Shown here: in pieces, positions 49,438-62,515 of the stretch
How the letters are laid out: every line of letters begins with the position of its first letter
How positions within the stretch are numbered: the stretch's first letter is position 1
NCBI GenBank assembly: GCA_030390025.1
Contig: CM059432.1
Span: 88,972,001-89,036,000, forward strand
From: Squalus acanthias
Lineage: Eukaryota
DNA length: 64,000 nt
Direction of reading: 5' to 3'
Notes under the pieces: model-generated
Databases searched by the model: none
Told to the model about the DNA's origin: nothing
Seen by the model: the letters and a program-made list of their open reading frames with translations, nothing else
Translations under genes and position numbers: made by a program

Positions 49438-50458
49438 GAGGAAATTTTATCCCAAAAAATGGGTGGGTTGGGGTTGGGTGGGAGGTTAATGAGTTAAAAT
49501 ACTGAATCCCGACCCCAACCATCCTCCAACCTGCCCACTCCCGGTTTTAACGGAGGCGGGATGGGGGTCGGGCAGCTTACCTGCTGCCAGGAGGAGGGAT
49601 GCCCATTTAAATATTATAATGAGGCTGGCGTGCCTCATGGTGATCCACCATTACAAATTTAACTCTGGCTGGTCAGGTTTCCCAGGCCTCGGGGAAACCA
49701 TCAGCTAAAGTAAGACGAGGACTGCTGGATCCAGGAGGTAAGTGCCTTTTACACTTACCTGCTGGATCCAGCATCCCTGTCTCACCCACCCTCCACGATC
49801 AGACACCCCCCAAGGCCTCTGATCCCTCCCCGAGGCCTCCAATGCCCCCCCTCATGAGGCCTCCGATCGCCCCTATGGCCTCCAACCTCCCCCCTCCAGC
49901 CCCTGATCGCCTTCCCGACCTTCGTCCTCCAGGCCGATGTTCCTCCGGCCACTGACCACCCCCCCGAACCTGCTTTGGCCCCGATTCAACCCTCCCCCAA
50001 TGCTCCTCGAACCCCGATTCACCCCTCCCCTGATGCTTCTCCGGCCCCTGACCACCACCCACCCCTGAATCCTCCTCCGGCCCCAATTCACAACCCCCCC
50101 AATCCTCCTCCGGCCCCAATTCACACCCCTCAATGCTCCTCCAGCCCGGCCATGCCCCTGATCTTCCTCCAGCTCCGATTCACCCCCTGACCATCCTCCA
50201 GCCCCGATTCAACCACCCCCCATCCCCGATTCCACCCTCCTTCCTCTTTGCAGCCTAGTGCCGCAGGCCTACCTGCCTGCAGCCAGCCAGCCTCTCCATC
50301 TGACTGGCTGCGGGCAGTAAACAGAGCTTTGAAATGTTAATCAGGCCCTGTCATTAAATTCAGCAGGGCCTGCGGGAAACCCATTCTCCTGGGTTTACCG
50401 ATCGCTTTCTAGCCCACCCCGCACTGCTCCTGACCCACTTCCAGATTAAAATTCTGGC
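49438..50458. mobile_element. Harbinger-type MITE with an internal C-rich minisatellite (~49790-50240)
   Basis: TIR-like ends GGAAATTTT / AAAATTCTGGCC; ~30-bp units TCCTCCGGCCCCAATTCACACCCC. Confidence 0.6.
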
Positions 50459-50584
50459 CTGTATCTGGGTCTGGCCTAATTTCTGGCCCTTCAATTGCAC
50501 TCCCACTAGATTTATACCAGGAGTATGCCGAAAGGGGCATGGATTTTTGGCCATGTGATGTTCAACACTTCGTATAAAAATATT

Positions 50585-51197
50585 GGGGGCTAAATTTGGT
50601 TGATTTGCGCCTCCCATTAGCGCCCTAGAGGGCGCTAACGGGGCACAAATCAACTAGCGCCTGGGCGCGGCGCCGCTAACGCCTCCCGCTCGTGCCCCGG
50701 CTGTAATATTGGGTGGCGCCCCCTTACTTACTGCCGGACGCTATGTCCGCCGGTGTCAGGGGGGCCTACCTGCAGCCGGGCGGCGCTAGTTAAAGGGGAG
50801 GTGGCGGGTGGCCATTTTTGTTGCTGGCCGCCTGCCAGCACCTGCCCCCGTTGCTGTCCCCGGCCCCCATGAAGCCCCTCTGTGGGGTGCCGGCTGCTCT
50901 GCCGGCTCGTTTGCCGGCACTCCCGATCCCTGGTGGCCCAGCTGGGCGCCGGGACGCGCTGCGCCAGGCCCCTCCCCTTTAATAAGGGGAGGAAGGCCTG
51001 CAGTAGGGCGGCGTGGCGCTGCGGCACATAGCGCTGTGATATTGGCTCGCAGCACCCCAAGAGGGACGCGGGGCGCTTCCTGTAGTGCCCCTCCACCCTC
51101 TCGGGGCGCTACCTGGGAAAATCGGCCGCGGGGGCGCTAACCTTTTCAGGGCGCTAAAATTAGTGCCCTGGCGAAGGTAGTACCCAATTTTTACCCC
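50585..51197. mobile_element. Harbinger-type MITE, family A (second copy)
   Basis: GGGGGCTAAATT...AATTTTTACCCC, flanked by ATT on both sides; homologous to 578-1187. Confidence 0.78.
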
Positions 51198-51299
51198 ATT
51201 TAATTTACACAAATTTTTAGAACTATATTAAATTGAAATTCTAATGCACTTCCTGTATGTGTCACACCTACTTTCTGTAAGATGTTTTCAGTCACACAG

Positions 51300-51825
51300 A
51301 AAGAAGGAAAGAAAGAACTTGTATTTATATAGCACTTTTCACGACCACAGGATGTTCCAAATCGCTTTACTTTAGAAGCGTAGTCACTGATATAATGAAG
51401 GAAATGCAGCAGCCAATTTGCGAATAGCAAGGTCCCACAAACAGCAATGAGATAATCTGGTTGAGGGATAAATATTGGCCATGGGTCCCCTGCTCTTCTT
51501 CGAAATAGTACCATGGGATCTTTTATGTCCATGTTAAAGGGAACTTAAAGGTCATTTTAACACAGACACACTTTTAACTAGAAAAGAGAAGACTGAGGGG
51601 TGACTTGATAGAGGTCTTTAAGATTATGAAAGGGTTTGATAGGGTAGATGTCTAGGACCTCAGTTTAACATCTCATCTGAAAGACGGCACCTGTGGCAGT
51701 GCAGCACTGCCTCAGTACTACACTGGACTGGAGCCTAGATTTTGTGCTCAAGTCACTGGAGTGGGATTTGAATCCACAACCTTCTGACTCAGGTGAGCGT
51801 GCTACCAACTGAGCCACAGCTGACC
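51300..51825 (-). mobile_element. tRNA-Deu-L2 SINE (SacSINE1-like) with a small CR1 piece at ~51575-51650
   Basis: Reverse complement has GTCAGCTGTGGCTCAGTTGGTAGCAC (A box), B box, Deu-like core and L2 tail. Confidence 0.82.
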
Positions 51826-52460
51826 CTTATTGATATAAAACAGCATATCTACTGACTCATATTGATTTATTTTTTTAACTTGATGCTTCAGCCTCTTCTA
51901 AAAGCCTGGGCTTAGAATTAATACTTTTGCCCAGACTTGTAGCTCTTTTGGCTGAACGTAGTTCCTGCAGTCTGAGCATTTGTAACTTTATTCAGTCCAA
52001 CTGGTGCCACGGTTCTCTTCAGCTTCTAACAGTATTTGATTGTTTGTCAAAATTATTTGAAAAAAACCTAAAGTACAAATTTTAAAATCTTTTTTCAGTT
52101 AAAGCTTATCCTGAGTATTAATTGAAATAGAAAGGCTTTTGTGTGCCCGTGAGAGAGATCCACTTCAAACACAAAGTCAGTATCAATTTGGTCATTCAGG
52201 ATCGGTTACTGGGGATAATCCAATGATCCTGAGTGGGGGGAAATAGATTCCCTGGAGTGTGGAGCACCTGTCTGAAACCGACGAGAGCCTCACAAATGTA
52301 TGCAAATTGGTGTCATGTGATGCAATTGAGGCACTGATGTGATTTCTTGAGCTTTTTGCCTCAATAATGTCAGTTCCTGCTCTCAACCACATGGGGTGGT
52401 GAGACTTTAGACCTGTGTATACCATGTTTTAGGAACTTACATCACCAAGCCTTTTTCCTC

Positions 52461-52815
52461 ATGGAGGCGCTTCTTGGAATTTCAGTTGTTGGGCAGGAAG
52501 AGGAGGAAGGAGGAAACAGAGCTGCAGGTGGAGGGCCAGAAAACTGGAGATGTACTCTCGGAAACATTTACTCCCCCCCGCCCCCCCCCCACAACCAAGT
52601 ATATAGGCACAGGAAAATGTACTTGTCGTTCTCCGAGGAACAATGTATCAGGAGGCTTCAATTCTTCAGGAAGGCAGTAGCAGCATTACATCACATCCTA
52701 GGAAGACCTGCAACGAACTACTACAGCTAACACAGTACTGAACTTTTTGCTTATGGTTCCTTTCAGGCTGCCACAGGGGTTATCAGTAACATCAGTTAAT
52801 TTGCAGTGCATGCTT
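52461..52815 (+). pseudogene. Harbinger transposase N-terminal remnant
   Basis: Acidic N-terminus, then NQVYRHRKMYLSFSEEQCIRRLQF, and further on LNFFAYGSFQAATG. Confidence 0.7.
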
Positions 52816-52878
52816 GGTGGTTATGTTATGTTACTGGACTAGTAATCCAGAGGCATGGACCAATAATCAAGAGATCAT

Positions 52879-54195
52879 GGGCTGGATTTTGTGAATGGAG
52901 GTGAGTTGGAGGCGGGACAGCTGCTTGCCGTGTCAATGTCCCACCTCCATGCTCGCCTGACCAACCAGAGGGATTTTCCCCTGATTGAGCTTGTTAAGCC
53001 TGCCCTGCGGGCTCAGCAGGCCAATTAGGGAGGAAGTCACTGACAGATCACGTCAACATCAGACGTGCTATCTGTCAAGACTTCTTGAAAGAAGAAATGT
53101 CAGCGTTTGACAACTCTGTGAAGCTGTCAAACACTGACATTCTCTTTAGTTTGATGAGCCTTTGTATCCAGGACTCATCAAACCTTTCAAATTTGTAAAT
53201 TTCACATGGCTGTTGGAACAGAGGTTCCAACAGCCAGTCTGTGAAATTGACAAGCATGATGTCAGCTCTCCCGATCCACCGCGGCTGAAGGCTGTAGGAC
53301 AAAAACAAGGTAAGCGAACACTTTTTAAAACTTATCACTCACCTTGCATACTTACCACTCCACACTTGCACCCATCACTCCACTTCCTTCCTGGAATGAT
53401 AAAGGACACAGGGGGGGTGGTAGTGGTGCAGCGCTGCACACTGGGCCGTGAAGCACTGCCGCGTTCCGAGGCTCCTGCCCTCCCTTAAAGGGACAGACCA
53501 TTGCTGCAGACTCTGCATTGGGACCAGTTAGCTGGTCCTTGACGGTGGCCGCGATCCGGCTCGATCAGCCCCATGCACTCTAGCAGAGTGCCAGACTGAT
53601 TGATCGCGACCCTGGAGGAGTAAAAAAAATTGAACAAATACATTTCAGAAATTTAGGTACTTACCTTGGCAACCTCCCCTTTAACTTTCACCCCCGAAGC
53701 GCCCGGCCTCCCGATCAACGCCACCTGCAGCTGTCGGTGTCATCTGCAGGGGGCGTAACTGAAGTTCAGGTCAGGGGCGATGTGCACGACAATGACGTCA
53801 CGATCTCCGAGCAAAGGAGATCGTGGTGCGAAGTCTTACCGGCGCCACAAACCTCTCACCGAAGTTCGCAGGAGTCATTCATCTCGCTGTGTCCGGGCGG
53901 TAAGTCGTTAGTGCCCCGTTATCGTCCCCGGGAGGCACTAAGGAGGCCAATTTCTAGCCCCAAGTTTCTACAATCATTCTGCATCAGTAATAACACGGGG
54001 GGGCAATTTTCCCAGCCCTGGGGAGGTGGGTATGGAGGCGGGACTGCCGGGAAAATGGCAGAATCTGGGAGCGGGTACCCATCCTGCCCCCAACCCGCCT
54101 CCGTGCCATCTTCCCAAGAGGAGGGTACCCGACCCGCGCTGGGTCCTGTCTCCTCGGGGCGGGAAGGGGATTAGTGCCAATTAACTGCCTGTTAA
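52879..54195. mobile_element. Composite of Harbinger-type MITE fragments
   Basis: TIR-like GGGCTGGATTTT at 52879, AATTTCTAGCCC at ~53960 and GGGGCAATTTT at ~54000. Confidence 0.5.
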
Positions 54196-54517
54196 ATTGG
54201 CGTTTTCTGTTTTTATTTCTGATTCCCTTAATTGTCTTGCCATAAGGGAGAGATTATCTCACCTTTTTTGCAATGACCAAGGCTACTGTTATCGCCAATT
54301 CTGTAACTAATGGAACAAATTCTATATAGTTGCTCAGGTGCAAAGACTCTGCATTTATAAAATCATGATCTTAGCTTGCTGCAGTATTCAGCATTTTAAG
54401 TAACATTTTTTAAACTGAAAATTTAAAAAATACACTTTATTTTTAAACAACAAACTAAACCCTCAAATCAGATTGTCCTTATAAGGTAAACCCTTACATC
54501 TGTCACCATACCACAAG

Positions 54518-56334
54518 ATTAGTGAAGACAAATGTAGGTCCCTTACAGTCAGAAATGGAAGAATTTATAATGGGGATCAAGGAAATGGAGGAGCAATTAA
54601 ACAAATACTTTGGTTCTGTCTTCACAGAAGAGGACACAAATAACTTCCCAGAAATGCTAGGGAACCAAGGGTCTAGTGAGAAGGAGGAATTAAAGGAAAT
54701 TAGTATTAGTAAAAAAATAGTGCTGGAGAAATTAATGGGACTGAAAGCCAATAAATCCCCAGGGCCTGATAATCTGCATCCCAGAGTACTAAAAGAGGTA
54801 GCCATGGAAATAGTGGATGCATTGGTTGTCATCTTCCAAAATTCTATAGATTATGGAACAGTTTCTGCAGATTGGAGGGTGGCAAATGTAACCCCACTAT
54901 TTAAAAAAGGAGGGAGAGAGAAAACAGGGAACTACAGACCGGTTAGTCTAACATCAGAAGTAGGGAAAATGCTAGAGTCTATTATAAAGGATGTGATAAC
55001 AGGACACTTAGAAAATATCAACGGGATTAGACAAAGTCAACATGGATTTATGAAAGGGAAATCATGTTTGACAAACCTACTGGAGTTTTTTGAGGATGTA
55101 ACTGGTAGAACAGATAAGGGAGAACCAGTGCATGTGGTGTATTTGGATTTTCAGAAGGCCTTTGATAAAGTCCCACATAAGAGGTTAGTGTGCAAAATTA
55201 AAGCACATGGGATTGGGGGTAATACACTGGCATGGATTAAAAATTGATTAACAGACAGGAAACAGAGAGTAGGAATAAATGGGACTTTTTCAGGATGGCA
55301 GGCGGTGACTAGTGGGGTACCGCAGGGATCAGTGCTTGGGCCCCAGCTACTCACAATATATATCAATGATTTGGATGAGGGAACCAAATGTAATATTTCC
55401 AAGTTTGCTGACGACACGAAACTAGGTGGGATTATGAGTTGTGAGGAGGATGCAAAGAGGCTTCAAGGCGATTTAGACAAGTTGAGTGAGTGGGCAAATA
55501 CATGGCAGATGCAGTATAACGTGGATAAATGTGAAGTTATCCATTTCGGTCGGAAAAACAGAAAGGCAGAGTATTATTTAAATGGTGATAGATTGGGAAA
55601 TGTTGATGTACAAAGGGACCTGGGTGTCTTTGTACACCAGTCACTGAAAGCAAACATGCAGGTGCAGCAAACAGTTAGGAAGGCAAATGGTATGTTGGCC
55701 TTCATTGCAAGAGGATTTGAGTACAGGAGCAAGGATGTCTTACTACAGTTATACAGGGCCTTGGTGAGACCACACCTGGAGTACTGTGTGCAGTTTTGGT
55801 CTCCTTACCTAAGAAAGGATATACTTGCCATAGAGGGAGTGCAGCGAAGTTTCGCCAGACTGATTCCTGGGATGGCAGGACTGTCGTATGAGGAGAAATT
55901 GGGTCGACTAGGCCTGTATTCACTAGAGTTTAGAAGAATGAGAGGGGATCTCATTGAAACGTATAAAATTCTGACAGGGCTAGACAGACTGGATGCAGGG
56001 AGGATGTTTCCCTTAGCTGGGGGGTCTAGAATGAGGGGTCACAGTCTCAGGATACGGGGTAGGACATTTAGGACTGAGATGAGGAGAAATTTCTTCACTC
56101 AGAGGGTGGTGAACCTGTGGAATTCTCTACCACAGAAGGTTGTGGAGGCCAAGTCACTGAATATATTTAAGAAGGAGATAGATAGATTTCTAGACACAAA
56201 AGGCATCAAGAGGTATGGGGAGAGAGCGGGAATATGGTATTGAGATGGAGGATCAGCCATGATCATATTGAATGGCGGAGCAGGCTCGAAGGGTCGAATG
56301 GCCTACTCCTGCTCCTATTTTTCTATGTTTCTAT
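54518..56334 (+). mobile_element. 5'-truncated CR1 LINE, RT domain nearly intact
   Basis: ORFs 54522-55247 and 55305-56243 are in one frame separated by a single [44 protein letters not shown]1 3' UTR and TTCTATG tail. Confidence 0.96.
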
Positions 56335-56559
56335 TTGGAAAATGTGGTCAAACTATAGGTGGGTAGAAAAAGCATGAATCAATTGATACTGATAATGAGG
56401 GACTCCAGACCCAACATGTGCCTCTGATTACATCAGAAAGCAAGAGTAAAATTAAAAGAGGACAGATAGGAAAGAGAGAACTGAGGTCGACAAACTGATC
56501 TTTGCCACTCATAGACAACACTCTTACATTACAAAAAGTGTGAATACACCTACCTTGTG

Positions 56560-56780
56560 TAGTCTAGGAAACTTCTCCCTCACCTGCTCTATGCACACAT
56601 TCAACCACAGGTGTGACAGGATTAACTTTCTCTGTCAGCTCCAATGAGCCTCCAGTATGCTTGACTGAAGGTTGCCATTCTATTCCACAAAGATCCACCT
56701 TTTGCTGGAGCACTCCTGCAGAAACACCTTCAAAGCAGCGTTCAGGTGCAGTGCTGCTTTGCTTCTGCACTTCACAACTG
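56560..56780 (-). pseudogene. Possible Harbinger Myb/SANT exon relic
   Basis: Broken translation AALKVFLQECSSKR...AHW...TEKVN...EQVREKF weakly resembles the Myb exon at 60523. Confidence 0.35.
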
Positions 56781-57619
56781 CCATATTCTAAATTTGGATT
56801 CCTTCCCCTTTAAGGGCAATCAGCAGCCTTTCAGAGTTGCTGGCATTGGATAACCTGGCTCCTGAACCTTGTGCACTCCCAGCTAGGAGCACTAAAAATG
56901 TATTTAAATGAGCTGACCTTGCAATATATGGTAAGGTCAGCCCAGTGGAGCACAAGTACATGCAGCGGCTAAAGAGCAGCATTCCTGGTGCTGCTGCTGC
57001 ATCCACTCCAAGTTATTCCACATTTTTGACCCCAATAGGGCAACAAAAGGTACAACAAAATGAACATGGCTACACTTAAAGTCTAGAAATTACTGTTGGT
57101 GATATCAATGCCCAAAATGCCCAATGCCCAATGCATTCGAATGACATCCTCTATCTGATATTTTAACACGTGTTAATATATTTATTTTAAACTGATTAGC
57201 ACCTCCACTAAAATTGTGTTTTAAGTGCCCCTGATGGTTCAGCAGTTTTAGTACTGCAATATTAGGTTTATTTTCAGTGGCATGTTACATGGCCTGAAAA
57301 CAAATTAAACTGTTTAGCCTAGGGAGACAGGAGTTTCCCTGTATGTAAATCATTGGTGGTGAAATACAACTGCAGTGGGGGTGCAAAATGGATGGTAGAA
57401 GATCGACCAGACATTATACACTCACACAATTTTCCTTTCCATTGGCTTCAATGCTGAAAGCCAAGGTTAAATTTCATCCCCACAGAATTACATTCATTCG
57501 GCCCACCGTGCCTCTGCTAATACTCCGTCCTCACCTTGATGTGCCTACTGTAATCCCATTTTCTTGCCCATTCCCTATATCTTTTTATATTCTTCCTTTT
57601 CAAATACTTATCCCATTCC

Positions 57620-58975
57620 TTGATATTATTCCGGGGATGGGGGATCTTAGCTACAAGGACAGGTTGGAGAAGCTGGATTTGTTTTCATTAGAGCAAAGGA
57701 GGTTGCGGGGTGATTTGATAGAGATGTACAAGATTATGACGGGTTTGGATAGGCTAGATGGGGAAAGGCTGTTCCCACTAGTTGATGGTACAAGGACTAG
57801 GGGGACAAAGATTTAGGGGGAAAAATTCAGTTGGTTGCGCCTCCCGTTAGCGCCTTAAGAGGGCGCTAATGGGGCGCAAAGCATCTAGCACCCAGGCGCG
57901 GCGAAGTTTGCGCCGCTCGCGAAATTAAGTAGACATTTTGCGGCGGCGCTAAACACTACTGCCACGATCTCCTGCGCCGGCAGATCATGACGTCACTCAA
58001 GTGCGCAACGCCCCGGTATCGCCCCAGAGCGGATATTGAGTGGCGCCCCCTGCCTTACCGCCTGACGCTAGCAACGACAGGTTGAGGGGAGCGTTCTGCA
58101 GTCATGAAGGGAAAGGGGGAGCGCTATTTAAAGGTGTCCGCTTCCTGCCTTTTATTGTTGGTGCCATTTTTGAACTACGCATTCTGAGAGAGAGAGGGAG
58201 AGACTTCTGGAGAGATTCAACGTTGTGTGAAGGAGTTTTGGGTACTGAGCAGCACTTTGCAGGTTCATTTTGATTTGCCATTCCTTGTATCGATTTAGCA
58301 GAGACTGTGGGGGCTGCACTCTGAGCTCTTTGCCTGGTACTCTCCATTGTTCTTTACAGCACATTTGATGTGCAGGTCTCTCCAGGCCGAGATTCAAGGC
58401 TGCAATGAACAGGATGTGGATGGAAAGCAAGATTAACCATCCCCTTTAAGAACTGGCCCGTGCCATTGTGTGTTTGTTCCATTGCTGACTGACATTACAT
58501 GAGCTTCGCCAGCGCTCTGAGGTAGCGCCTCACTCCTCGGCATTTGCGCCTTAAGACAGGTGTGAAGCGCCTGATATAGCGCTGCAATCACCTCCAGGGG
58601 CGATAAAAGTCAAGTTTGCAATCGGTGGTGATAATTAGCGCCAGGCGCTAATCTTTGCGCCCGGCCGATAATTGCGCCCCAAATGGGGCGATACTGAATT
58701 TCTCCCCCTTAAGGTTTTGGGCAAGAGATACAGGGGGATGTGAGGAAAAACTTTTTTACGCAGCGAGTGGTGAGGACCTGGAACTCGCTGCCTACGGAAG
58801 TGGTGGAAGCGGAGACACTCAATGTTTTCAAGGGGAGACTGGATAGGCACTTGAGGGAAATAAACTTACCGGGCTACGGGGATAGAGCGGGGGAATGGGA
58901 CTAACTGGATTGCTCTACAGAGAGCCGGCACGGACTCGATGGGCCGAATGGCCTTCTTCTGTGCCGTTATGACTC
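57620..58975 (+). mobile_element. CR1 3' fragment interrupted by MITE C
   Basis: LEKLDLFSLEQRRLRGDLIEMYKIM...; continues after 58711. Confidence 0.85.
57816..58708. mobile_element. Harbinger MITE, family C (inverted relative to 25436-26328)
   Basis: TIRs GGGGGAAAAATTCAGT / ACTGAATTTCTCCCCC; canonical Harbinger TSD TTA at 57813-57815 and 58709-58711. Confidence 0.92.
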
Positions 58976-59269
58976 GGATTTTACAGGAAAAAATGGAGGT
59001 GGAGTGGGGGTTGGGGGGAAGTGAATGTTGGAAAAATCTAAAACCCGACCCCAACCCGCCCACTTTCACCTTTTACTCAGGTGGGACGGCGGGCGGGCAG
59101 CCAACTCGCTGTCAGGAGGTGGGTTGGCCTTTTAAATATTATAATGAGGCCTGAAGCCTCTGCTTTAAACTGCCCCCCACCTCACCTGGATCCAGCACCT
59201 ACCTGTTCCCGCGGCGTCCTGGTCAGCCAACGTTCCCAGCCCGACTGAAAGCCAGCCTGTTAATCTTCA

Positions 59270-60240
59270 GGTGATAATTCTGAGTTTGTCCCCTCTTGTA
59301 ACTCATTTAATGCCCCTACGTATAAGACTCAGAATCCCTTTTGCTTTTTTTAATGGCCTTTCTTACTTGCACTCCTACCTTTAAAGATCTATGAATTTGC
59401 ACCTCTAAATCTCTCTGCTCTTCCACTCTCTTAAGAGTCCTACGATTTAGGTTATACCTTTTAATGTTCCTTTTCCCAAAATATACTACTTCCATTTCTG
59501 ATAATTAAACTGCTTACTGCTGCCTACCTACCAACTCTGCTAAACTGTCAATGTGCTCCTGCAATCTCTTTTTCCTCACAGTTTACTATTCCCATAATTT
59601 GGTATCATCAGCATACTTTTATATTGTTCCTCTTGTACCTATATATAAGTAATTTATTTCAATAGAAAACAAAAACATTCCCAGCACAGATCAATGGCCA
59701 CACCCTTTCAAGCCAGAAAAGATCCATTGATCCCTAGTCTTTGCTTTCCTTTCCCTAGCAATCTTTCTAATTATGTAACAATATTCTCTTTAATACCACA
59801 TACCTTAATTTTCATAATAAATTTCTCATGTGGCACCTTTATGAAATGCCTTCTGAAAATTCACATATGAATCCGTTATATTGTGGCGGATCGCCACCTA
59901 AACGGGCGCAATCCACTTTTCCGTCCGTGGACAATAAATCTTGCACCTTGCCTTTAAGGCGCATGCTGCCTTTAAGGCAGGAAAAAAGGAGTGGGCGTGG
60001 CCTCTAGTTTTAAGCAGAGAAAGGTTAGCAGCCATTTTACCAGAGATGTGATTAAAAGCTATGTGTTTCACATATTGACTCGGCCTCAATTCGTGCTTCG
60101 CAGCAGCCACAACAATATTCCCTTTATCTATATACTCCATGATTTAGTCAAAAAATGTAATTAAATTAGTCAAACATAACTTGCTCTTTGTAAATCCATG
60201 CTGACTATTCCTGGTTAGCCTATGCTGCATTATGGACTCT
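59270..60240 (-). mobile_element. Old CR1 RT fragment (with an insertion at ~59870-60110)
   Basis: NSQHGFTKSKLCLTNLITFFD; degenerate YADDTK region near 59600. Confidence 0.65.
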
Positions 60241-60522
60241 AAGGGCTCGATTTTCCCATGGGGGCGGGCTGGGGTCATGTCATCCGATTTCCGTGTTATC
60301 CACCCGACTCTCATGCGATGTGTGTTACAAACGTGATTTTCCCCAGATTGGGCAATTGAGTTTCTGTGTGTGGGAACCCCTGGCCCAATTAGCTTTTCCA
60401 GCCTGAAAGTCGCCTCCGATGACATCATCAGTGCTGCTGCTTTTAAGGTCTGCAAGAGGACTTGCTTCCTTTGCAGACTGCCAACCTTCTGGCCTTTGTT
60501 GCTACAGTGACCTGGAGGCGTC

Positions 60523-62515
60523 ATGTGCACCAGCAAACCCAAGTCTGCTCCAAGATTTGACGACGTCGCCCTGCAAGCCCTGGTAGATGGAGCAAGAGCT
60601 CATAAGGAGGTGCTCTTCCCTTCTTCAGGGAGGAAGAAGCCTCCTCAGCAAACGAAGGCTGTGTGGCTCCAGGTGGGCCAGGAGGTGAATTCTCTGTCTT
60701 TGACCCGCAGAACCTGGCTTCAATGCCGCAAAAGATTTCATGACCTTCTGCGCATTGGAAAAGTGAGTATGACTTTCCCATCACCCTCAATCTGATGCCC
60801 TTTGCCTCTCCTCACCAGCACTCAGCTTTAGCAATCTCTTCCTCCACATCCCACTTGACACTGACATCCCTGCACCCTTACCCATTCCCTCTCTATGGTC
60901 ACATTCACCTAACTATTTGACTATGCAGCCCTCACACTCCCTATCACTGTCATGCTATCAAAACAACTTACAACACACAGGATGGGCCCTTGGTCTTGCC
61001 ACCTCACTCCATCTTTGTCTCCTTCTAAGCATCTATGAATGGATTCTATAAACTCAATCATTCTTTCTCACTCAAACTCCACTTGTCTCCCTCATTGCAG
61101 GAAAAGAGAGCTCACAATAAGCGGGAAAGAGCGAGGACAGGAGGAGGGCCACCCTCAGTAGCCCAGCTCACCCCTTGGGAGGAGGCGGCCCTGGAGATCG
61201 TGGGAGTCGCTGAGGATGCGCAAGTGGGGGACGGGCAGACGGGCGCAGCAGAGCAAGTCGGTGACAGAATAGTTGTTCATCTCTCTCATTGACATTGCAT
61301 GAGTCGCTGATAATGATTCTGAAGCTCTAACAGTTGGACTTATGATCATCTGCAATACGCATTGTGCATGTCACCTTGGCCTCACATCTCTGACTTTTTC
61401 CTTTACTCCCCCACAGGACCATCGCAAGCACCCGTTCCCACTATCCAGGAGGAACAGACTAGGGCTCAAGACTCCTCAGAGGAAGCTGAAACCTCTGAGG
61501 GCGCAGCGTCAGCAGAATTCAGCCAGCCCAGCTCCAGCGCAGACACTCACATCTCGGTGGGACCCTCGCGAGATAGAGTAGTGTTGTCACCTGGTGTATC
61601 ACAGCTCACAAGTGAGCCTCAGCAGATGGTGGAGACAAGGAAAGCAGTGGAGAGTCCTCATCGGAGGGCGCAGGACTCTCCCAGCTTGGCTCAGCTGCAT
61701 GTCGACCCTCTGCCTCTGGGTCCATCCAGAAGAACAGCGGTGTTGGAACTCCAAGAAGAGGTGTAGGAGTCTCTGGAAGGTTTGGTCTCCAGGGTCGCTG
61801 CGAGTGTAGAGCGAATGGAGGAGTCCATGAGCAGAGCCTTTGTGGAGGCGGTGGCGCATGAACGCATCACCACGGAAAGGATGGCAACCTCCGTGGAAAC
61901 GATGTCTACCTCCATGGTAAGGCTGGCTACCGTAGAGGAGAGGATGGCAACGGTACAGGAGAGGATGGTAACGGCCATGGAGGAGCTTACTCACCAAGGT
62001 ATGGAAAACATGGTATTTGTTCAGAATAGACTGGCATCTCTTGAGGAGCGATGTTCAGCTATTGAGCAATCAAACCAGACCTTCACGCAAGTCCTCGGCA
62101 GTAGGACTTCAAGTACAGAAATGGGTCCTCATGTCCCCCCTGAAGTGCAGCAAGGTGCTGTCAAGCCACTTGCTAGCTCTGAGGTGGGGCAGACCTATGA
62201 GAGGGATGTTGGTGGCAGAGAACAAGGAAGTGGGGCTCCTCTCCAAGCGCTCACATGACCATGCCACTGCAAAGTCCTCAGTCAGAGCCCCACCAGAGTC
62301 CCCACCCATCGGAGATCGGCGTCTCAACCCCTGCACAGCCGCAGGAGCAGCAGACTGTTGGCGAGCCCTCACAGGCTCGCAACCCCAGAGGACGCCCGCC
62401 CAAGGTGTCGAGACAGGAGCAGTAAGAAAGTGAGCAAGGGGCCTCCACATCTGCTGATGCCAAGGGGGAACCACCATGTAGAAGCACGCGTAAGAGAAAG
62501 AAACTGCACAAATAG
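60523..62515 (+). pseudogene. Harbinger Myb/SANT-like DNA-binding protein gene; predicted exons 60523-60762, 61101-61260, 61417-~62515
   Basis: Exon 1 APRFDDVALQALVDG...W...RTWLQCRKRFHDL|GTGAGT; exon 2 TTGCAG|EKRAHNKRERARTGGGP; exon 3 joins in phase 1 after CCACAG. In-frame TAG at 61764 and later frameshift/stops. Confidence 0.82.

Noticed and set aside
49790..50240. CRISPR-like array
   Set aside because: Degenerate tandem units without unique spacers, no cas genes, eukaryotic context.
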